Shown: piece after piece, positions 58,229-64,000 of the stretch
How the letters are laid out: each line of letters opens with the position of its first letter
How positions within the stretch are numbered: position 1 is the first letter of the stretch
Program-made: the position numbers and the translations under genes
Notes under the pieces: model-generated
The model's input: the letters and a program-made list of their open reading frames with translations, nothing else
Databases searched by the model: none
Told to the model about the DNA's origin: nothing
DNA from: Candidatus Izemoplasmatales bacterium
GTDB taxonomy: Bacteria; Bacillota_I; Bacilli_A; Izemoplasmatales; Hujiaoplasmataceae
Length of the DNA: 64,000 nt
Direction of reading: 5' to 3'
NCBI GenBank assembly: GCA_050949045.1
Contig: JBMNEZ010000001.1
Coordinates: 1,056,001 to 1,120,000 of the forward strand

Positions 58229-58848
58229 CTCAGTGCCTCCTCGATCTTTTTGACTGCGGCTTGGGTCGCAATAACACTGTTTGCGTTCATCACGTCAAAG
58301 ACGCTGATGTGTTCCGCCCTCACAGTCGTGACATTTGGAAGGTTCCTTGAAGCAATGTCGAGTGTTTCGTTTTCAGCCTCGACGACAATCATGATCTTGT
58401 TTTTCTGTTTGAGGTTGACGAGAATCTCCTTGATTCCCTTCGTTTTGTGTGATTCGAGTTTGAACTCGTCAATGACAAGCATACTATCCTCACGGATCTT
58501 GTCGGACAGGACAATCTTGAGTGCCAAACGGCGGATTTTCTTGTTCACTTTGTAATCATAGTCTCTTGGCGCTGGTCCAAAGGCGTTGCCCCCGCCGGTG
58601 AATTGCGGCGCGTTGACTGTGCCTTGACGGGCATGGCCTGTGCCTTTTTGCCGGTAGGGTTTCCTACCGCCGCCGGATACTTCCGAACGGCTTTTGGTCT
58701 TAGCCGTCCCTTGACGCATCGAAGCTCTTTGAGCCTTGACGACATCATAGATGACTTGCTGGTTCATTGGTGCTGCGAAGACGGAATCGGCGAGCTTAAT
58801 TTCTCCGATTGTTTCGCCTAGTTGGTTGTAAAGTGGTAGTTTAGGCAT
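58225..58848 (-). CDS. rplD: 50S ribosomal protein L4
   Basis: KPYRQKGTGHARQG. Confidence 0.99.
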   Translation of the reverse strand: MPKLPLYNQLGETIGEIKLADSVFAAPMNQQVIYDVVKAQRASMRQGTAKTKSRSEVSGGGRKPYRQKGTGHARQGTVNAPQFTGGGNAFGPAPRDYDYKVNKKIRRLALKIVLSDKIREDSMLVIDEFKLESHKTKGIKEILVNLKQKNKIMIVVEAENETLDIASRNLPNVTTVRAEHISVFDVMNANSVIATQAAVKKIEEALS

Positions 58849-58876
58849 TCTGTTCTCCTCCTTTCAGCGATTGTCC

Positions 58877-59509
58877 TTATTTGGACTTCTTGACTGCGTT
58901 CTTGACGACGACGAGTGATTTGTTCGCGCCGGGAACGTTTCCCTTGACGAGCAAGATATTGTTGTCGGCGTCGGAGCGAACGACGACGAGATTCTGGATC
59001 GTCACGGTTTTGTGCCCCATCCGTCCGGGCATTTTTCTGCCTTTGAAGATGCGGCCTGGGTCGATCGAGCCCAACGAGCCGACCCCACGATGATATTTTG
59101 AACCGTGAGCCATCCGGCCGGTTCTGAAATGGTAACGCTTGATGACGCCTTGAAAGCCTTTGCCTTTAGAAGTTCCTGTAATATCTACATAATCACCGGC
59201 GTCAAATATATCGCATTTGACCTCCTGGCCGACTTCGTATTCCATCATGCCGGAAAGACGAAGTTCTTTTACGTAGCGCTTAGGCGCCACACCCGCTTTG
59301 GCGAAATGTCCGGTTTCGGGTTTGTTGACTAGGGTTGCCCTCTTGTCCATGAACCCGAGTTGAACGGCTTCGTAACCATCGGATGCGACATTTTTCTTCT
59401 GCAGGACGACGTTCGGAGTGACTTCAATAACCGTAACAGGAACGAGTTTGCCGTTTTCGTCAAAAATCTGCGTCATGCCGATTTTTCTTCCTAAGATACC
59501 TTTTGCCAT
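58877..59509 (-). CDS. rplC: 50S ribosomal protein L3
   Basis: [16 protein letters not shown]. Confidence 0.99.
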   Translation of the reverse strand: MAKGILGRKIGMTQIFDENGKLVPVTVIEVTPNVVLQKKNVASDGYEAVQLGFMDKRATLVNKPETGHFAKAGVAPKRYVKELRLSGMMEYEVGQEVKCDIFDAGDYVDITGTSKGKGFQGVIKRYHFRTGRMAHGSKYHRGVGSLGSIDPGRIFKGRKMPGRMGHKTVTIQNLVVVRSDADNNILLVKGNVPGANKSLVVVKNAVKKSK

Positions 59510-59534
59510 GAGTACACCTCCTATTTGATTTCTC

Positions 59535-59843
59535 TTACTTCAAAACGATGTCGACGCCGCTGGGAAGATCCAGATGCATCAACGAGTCGATCGTTTTTGC
59601 AGATGGATTGACGATGTCGATTAGACGCTTGTGTGTGCGTCTTTCAAACTGTTCCCGCGAGTCCTTGTTGACATGCGGACTTCTGAGAATGGTGAAGATC
59701 TCCTTTTCAGTGGGCAGAGGAATCGGGCCCGAAACAGTGGCTCCGGTCTTCTTCGCCGTGTCGACGATCTTCTTCGCTGATTGATCCAACAATCTGTGAT
59801 CGTAGGACTTGAGTCTGATTCTGATTACTTGGTTTGTTGCCAT
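59535..59843 (-). CDS. rpsJ: 30S ribosomal protein S10
   Basis: [22 protein letters not shown]. Confidence 0.99.
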   Translation of the reverse strand: MATNQVIRIRLKSYDHRLLDQSAKKIVDTAKKTGATVSGPIPLPTEKEIFTILRSPHVNKDSREQFERRTHKRLIDIVNPSAKTIDSLMHLDLPSGVDIVLK

Positions 59844-59874
59844 TTTTGCTCCTCCTATGCATATAATTAGCTTA

Positions 59875-59965
59875 TATACGGGCTCGTTGTAAATTACCTG
59901 ACCTCCGACATAGCGTCATGACAACGCCTATGTGTGTGTCAGCAACCTTACAAGTCATTGCCTTC
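59875..59965 (-). promoter_or_regulatory. rpsJ (S10 operon) leader RNA
   Basis: AGGTTGCTGACACAC...GCGTTGTCATGACGC...AATTT..GAG resembles the Firmicutes rpsJ leader. Confidence 0.6.
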
Positions 59966-59989
59966 CTGTATTTTTCACAGGCCTTGTCT

Positions 59990-60018
59990 ATGATAGCAAA
60001 TCAAAGAAAAAAATGCAA
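59990..60018 (-). promoter_or_regulatory. S10 operon promoter
   Basis: TTGCAT-17 nt-TATCAT with extended -10 TG. Confidence 0.6.
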
Positions 60019-60112
60019 GTTCTTTTTTCTGGGAAACCGCATTTTCTTTAGTATACATATATATTAAAATTGGATGCACATAAAAAGCAACGAATTTAAA
60101 GACAGATAACCA

Positions 60113-62465
60113 TTAACTATCGATTATGTCTGGCTTCTTGTTCCAAAAGTAATCAATATGATTTTTGAGATCCGAAAGATCCTTTATGATCCGCATATGA
60201 CTCCATTCGCGGGGATAGAGACGAAGGTATTTGGGTGAGGCGAAGCGATCATCGACAAGAACGGCGATGCCTCTGTCAGTCTCGGTTCTGATCACTCTTC
60301 CGACTGCTTGAATGACCTTGTTCAAGCCTGGATAAGTATATGCATAATCAAAACCCTGGTGAAACTTTTCGTCAAAATGGGAACGGAGTATGTTGTTGAA
60401 GGGTGAAAGTGCTGGCAGACCGACGCCGACGATCAGGACCCCAGAGAGCATATCGCCGATCAAATCGATCGACTCGGCGAAAACGCCGCCCATGACGAAC
60501 AGACCGACCTGGGTTTTTGTTGATTCGGTTTTAAACATCATGATCGTTTCACTCCGGTCTTGCCTGCTCATCTCTCGGGTCTGCCGGATGATCTCGACAT
60601 CGCCTTTAAAACTGAGTTTGGCTTCGACAAGTTTGAGATACTCGTAAGAAGGGAAGAACATGATGTAGTTTCCTTTTTTTCCTTCGATCATGATTCTGGC
60701 AATCTCAGCGATCTCCTCAAGAGAGTCTTTGCGGTCTTGGTAACGGGTTGAGATCGTATCAACCGTCAAAAGCAAGAGATTCTCCTGACGGAACGGGGAG
60801 ACCATTTTCACGCTTTGGCCTTCATTCTTGGTTAACAATGTTTGATAATACTCGCTTGGATCGAGAGTGGCGCTGAAGAAGACAGTCGCCAAGGCAGTTT
60901 CTTTAATTGAAGATAAAATGAAGCCGCTGGCATCAAGGCACTTGATCGAGGCTCTGATATTCTTATCGACACGTTCAAGCAAGAAAACAAAATCATCATT
61001 ATAAAATTCACTCGCCTTGACAAACTGGTTGAGAATAAAATAACCTTCCATGATTTTGCTGCGATTAGGAATCTTCCGATCGCTCGTCAATACCTGGTCC
61101 AGTTTAACAAGGAGACGTTTTGTAAGTTGGACAAGGTAACTGTTCGGCTCTTCGTATTTGATGAAATCGACATTGAGAAGTTCGAGATCAAATTCCTCGA
61201 AGAGATCGAGAAGTCTAGCGATCTCGCGCTTGGGGCTCGGTTTCAACGCCTTTGTCAATTCTAAAAGCGAACTGATTTTCTCCTGATCGAGCGAAGCGCT
61301 GTACATTTCCCGCCCGCGGGCAACCAGATTGTGAGCCTCATCGACGAGCAAGATCGGCTCTGCGATCTTCTCTTCGAAGTAACGGATCAAGCGGACCCGC
61401 GGATCGAAAGCATAATTGTAGTCACCGATCAGGATGTCGCAGTAGTTGGATAGATCAAGGGAGAACTCAAATGGACAGACGCGGTGTTTGATGGCATACT
61501 CGCGGATCACTTTGCGGCTTAGAAGGCTTTCACTTTCAAAGATGTCCCTGATAGCCTTGTAAATGCGTTTGTAATAACCTTTGGCATATTTACAGACATC
61601 GGGATCGCAGTCTCTCTCCTTTAAAAGACAACTGTGATCTTTGGCTGTAATCTCGCATGTCTTTGCGATCAGTCCTTTTTCCTCCAACAATGAGATCGTG
61701 TCAATCGCTATTTGTTTGCCATCGTTTTTAGCTGTGAGGTAAAAGACTTTTTCCTTGGGGGACTTGATTTGCCTTTAAAGCTGCGAAAAGCGTCGCGGAC
61801 GTCTTGCCGATGCCGGTGGGGGCTTGAATATAGAGAATGCCTTTCTCAAGGATGTTGCGATAAACATGGGCCATCATTTCCCGTTGGTTGAGCCGGTATT
61901 CAGGAAAAGGGAACACTAATCCTTCAATCGATTTTTGCCTTGAAGACTCGTGCTCGGCGATCTTTTTGATCCATTCGATATATTTGGCTATCGTATTCGC
62001 AAAATAGTTCTCCAATACTTTTGCCGAGTAGTTCTTCTCAAATTGCCAAACATCCTTGGTTTCAACATGAATGTAAGTAAGAACGACTGTCAGCCGTTTG
62101 AGTTTGTTCCACGCAACATACATATGTGCATAAAGTTTTGCCTGTGCAAGATGGGCGGGAAAGGTTTTTTCATCAATCAGTTCAAGATCCATATGCGTGG
62201 ATTTGATTTCCTCGAGCATCAATTCGCCGTCTCTTTGGATGATACCATCAACTCTGCCGGTGACCTCCAGCAAAAAACCGTCATGTTCAACGACTTGGGA
62301 AAGGGACACTTCTCTAAGATCGGTATCCTGATATTTGCCCTGCCAGTATTTGTGGATCATCTGGCCTTCTTCAGCCCGAAGGTTAAGCATGCTTTCGGAG
62401 GTTATGTTGCCAGAGCCAAACAATAATTCGGCGATTTCTTTGGCGCTTGTTCTCAATTCTTTCAT
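60113..62465 (-). pseudogene. Frameshifted PD-(D/E)xK nuclease-DinG/Rad3 Fe-S helicase fusion (or sequencing error)
   Basis: GRVDG..IEEIKS-like nuclease motif (GRVDG..LEEIKS), Q-motif, APTGIGKT; removing one A at 61768-61770 restores KVFYLTAK and joins to DEAH, SAT and QAVGRVIR motifs. Confidence 0.85.
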
Positions 62466-62577
62466 TTTTTCACCATTTTTATTATACAATACCAAGAGCC
62501 GTTTCCGGCAGCACAGAAATCCTTTATGAGTGCATTGCCAATGCCTGATTGCTAAGCACGGCTTGTCATTTGTAGGG

Positions 62578-62603
62578 AAAACCGCACCCGAACGTGCGGT
62601 TTT
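62578..62603 (-). terminator. Bidirectional-type terminator after the ADH gene
   Basis: AAAACCGCAC-GTTCGG-GTGCGGTTTT. Confidence 0.8.
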
Positions 62604-62668
62604 GATCGTATCAGACTATATTATATTCTTCATATGCAGAATTACAGGCTATTATCGTATGTAACAGT

Positions 62669-63844
62669 TTATTTGCAGGCGAGTAAGTATATTTTTTTTG
62701 CGTCTTCCATCGTCAGTCGTTTAAAACTGCCAATGACTTCGCCGCGATTTTGCCGTAATTTTTCAACAAGCTTGTCAATATCATCGCATTTTGCGCCCAG
62801 TTCGGCAAAAGTAACCGGAAGTCCAAGTTCCCTATAAAACGACTTGAGATTATCTATCCCTCTAAGACCAAGCGTTCTGGCATCGCTTCCGTCATCGGGA
62901 ACATCGAATACTTTGACGGCAAGCCGTTTATATCTCAAAGGGTCAACGTCGATCGTATATTCCATAAATGCCGGGAATATGACCGCCAATCCGGCGCCGT
63001 GCGAGACATCATATAGAGCGGACAACTCATGTTCAAGGGCATGCGAACTCCAGTCTTCTTGCCGGCCAACCCCAAGGAGGCCGTTGTGGGCAATCGTTCC
63101 CGACCAGAAGATCGTTGCCATCGCTTCATAGTTGGTTGGATCGTCCTTGATAATCCTGGCCGCCTCCATGACTGATTTCAAGACCGCCTCTGACATTCTG
63201 TCGGTAAGGATGACATCCTTTGTAAGTGTCAGATACCGTTCAAAAATGTGACTCATTATATCGGCGATTCCGGCAAAAAGATGGTATCTGGGAAGCGTAT
63301 AGGCAAGTTCGGGATTAACGAGCGAGAAGCGCGGCCTGTAATAGCGGCTCGAAAGCCCGCGTTTGAACATTCCTCTCTCCTGCGTAATGACGGCGCCTTG
63401 GGAAGCTTCCGATCCCGTTGCGGCTATCGTCAAGACGACGCCAATCGGCAAAGCGTCCTGAATCGTGGCTTTGCCAATATAAAAATCCCAGAAATCACCT
63501 TCATATTTGACTCCGGCCGCAATGGCTTTCGCCGAGTCGATCGTTGAACCGCCGCCAACGGCAAGAACAAAATCAGCTCCTTCCCGTCTACAGAGTTCGA
63601 TGCCTTTGTATACCAAACCGCTTCTCGGATTCGGTAAAACTCCTCCCAATTCAAAATAGCTGATGTCTGCCTGATCGAGAAGCCCCTTGATCCTGCCGAG
63701 TAAGCCGCTTTTTATAACCGAACCGCCGCCATAGTGGATAAATACCCTCGTTGCCTTATACTGCTTTAAAAGGTTGGCAACCTCTAATTCCGCGTCTTTG
63801 CCAAAGACGATTTCCGTCGGTGTATACAAACTAAAATTTTCCAT
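62669..63844 (-). CDS. Iron-containing alcohol dehydrogenase (BdhA/YqhD-like)
   Basis: GGGSV, AVGGGSTIDSAK, ATGSE, HALEHELS, HGAGL; ATG 63844 spaced from AAGGAG. Confidence 0.93.
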   Translation of the reverse strand: MENFSLYTPTEIVFGKDAELEVANLLKQYKATRVFIHYGGGSVIKSGLLGRIKGLLDQADISYFELGGVLPNPRSGLVYKGIELCRREGADFVLAVGGGSTIDSAKAIAAGVKYEGDFWDFYIGKATIQDALPIGVVLTIAATGSEASQGAVITQERGMFKRGLSSRYYRPRFSLVNPELAYTLPRYHLFAGIADIMSHIFERYLTLTKDVILTDRMSEAVLKSVMEAARIIKDDPTNYEAMATIFWSGTIAHNGLLGVGRQEDWSSHALEHELSALYDVSHGAGLAVIFPAFMEYTIDVDPLRYKRLAVKVFDVPDDGSDARTLGLRGIDNLKSFYRELGLPVTFAELGAKCDDIDKLVEKLRQNRGEVIGSFKRLTMEDAKKIYLLACK

Positions 63845-63972
63845 TAGGTTCATCTCCTTCTTGATAAATTAATTATATCATGAATTTTCCATCATCCCAA
63901 TAAGATGATTGTCCGGTGTGGAATACTCATGGTATAATATTATTGTAAAAATTAAAAAAATCGGAGGCCATT

Positions 63973-64000
63973 ATGCGTAACACCGAATGGATCAAGAAAA
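63973..64000 (+). CDS. Start of divergent gene (partial, MRNTEWIKK)
   Basis: GGAGG RBS and TGGTATAAT extended -10 upstream; runs off window. Confidence 0.6.

Noticed and set aside
62490..62550. SAM-I riboswitch resemblance (AAGAG..CCGGCAGC..TGCCAAT)
   Set aside because: The P2 kink-turn/pseudoknot region is missing and the orientation is antisense to the flanking genes
8700..63654. Numerous plus-strand ORFs antisense to housekeeping genes (e.g. 9140-9820, 18015-18617, 54655-55395)
   Set aside because: They fully overlap well-supported minus-strand genes and have no recognisable motifs

Overview
Core-genome window of a Mollicutes-related Bacillota, probably Izemoplasmatales/Acholeplasmatales-like. 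This is inferred from the 16S and 5S character and from genetic code 11, where TGA is used as a stop. Almost everything is on the minus strand. In transcription order: Fe-alcohol dehydrogenase; a frameshifted nuclease-DinG/Rad3 helicase; the complete S10-spc-alpha ribosomal cluster; a HEPN-CBS gene with ecfA1A2T and an N-terminally extended truA; an IS3 remnant; znuCB (plus strand); tmk-holB-ricT-yabB-rsmI-DJ-1-metG-yitT; rplM-rpsI; rmuC; cspA; cysS-mrnC-rlmB-sigH-rpmG-secE-nusG; two tandem MacB-type ABC fusions; rplK-A-J-L; a methyltransferase; rpoBC; an AT-rich two-gene cassette; a tRNA-less rRNA operon; and the 5' part of rpsL. Four observations stand out. (1) The cassette after rpoC encodes a secreted WapA/Rhs-like N-terminus plus DNRLRE-like domain joined directly to a putative Cys-His catalytic domain with no Rhs repeats. 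It is followed by an LRR lipoprotein and preceded by an apparent terminator/antiterminator leader. (2) A putative nucleotide-regulated HEPN-CBS RNase. (3) A 5S rRNA whose 3' third is degenerate. (4) A D516Q-equivalent change in the RpoB rifampicin pocket. All domain calls are by-eye motif recognition, not database searches.
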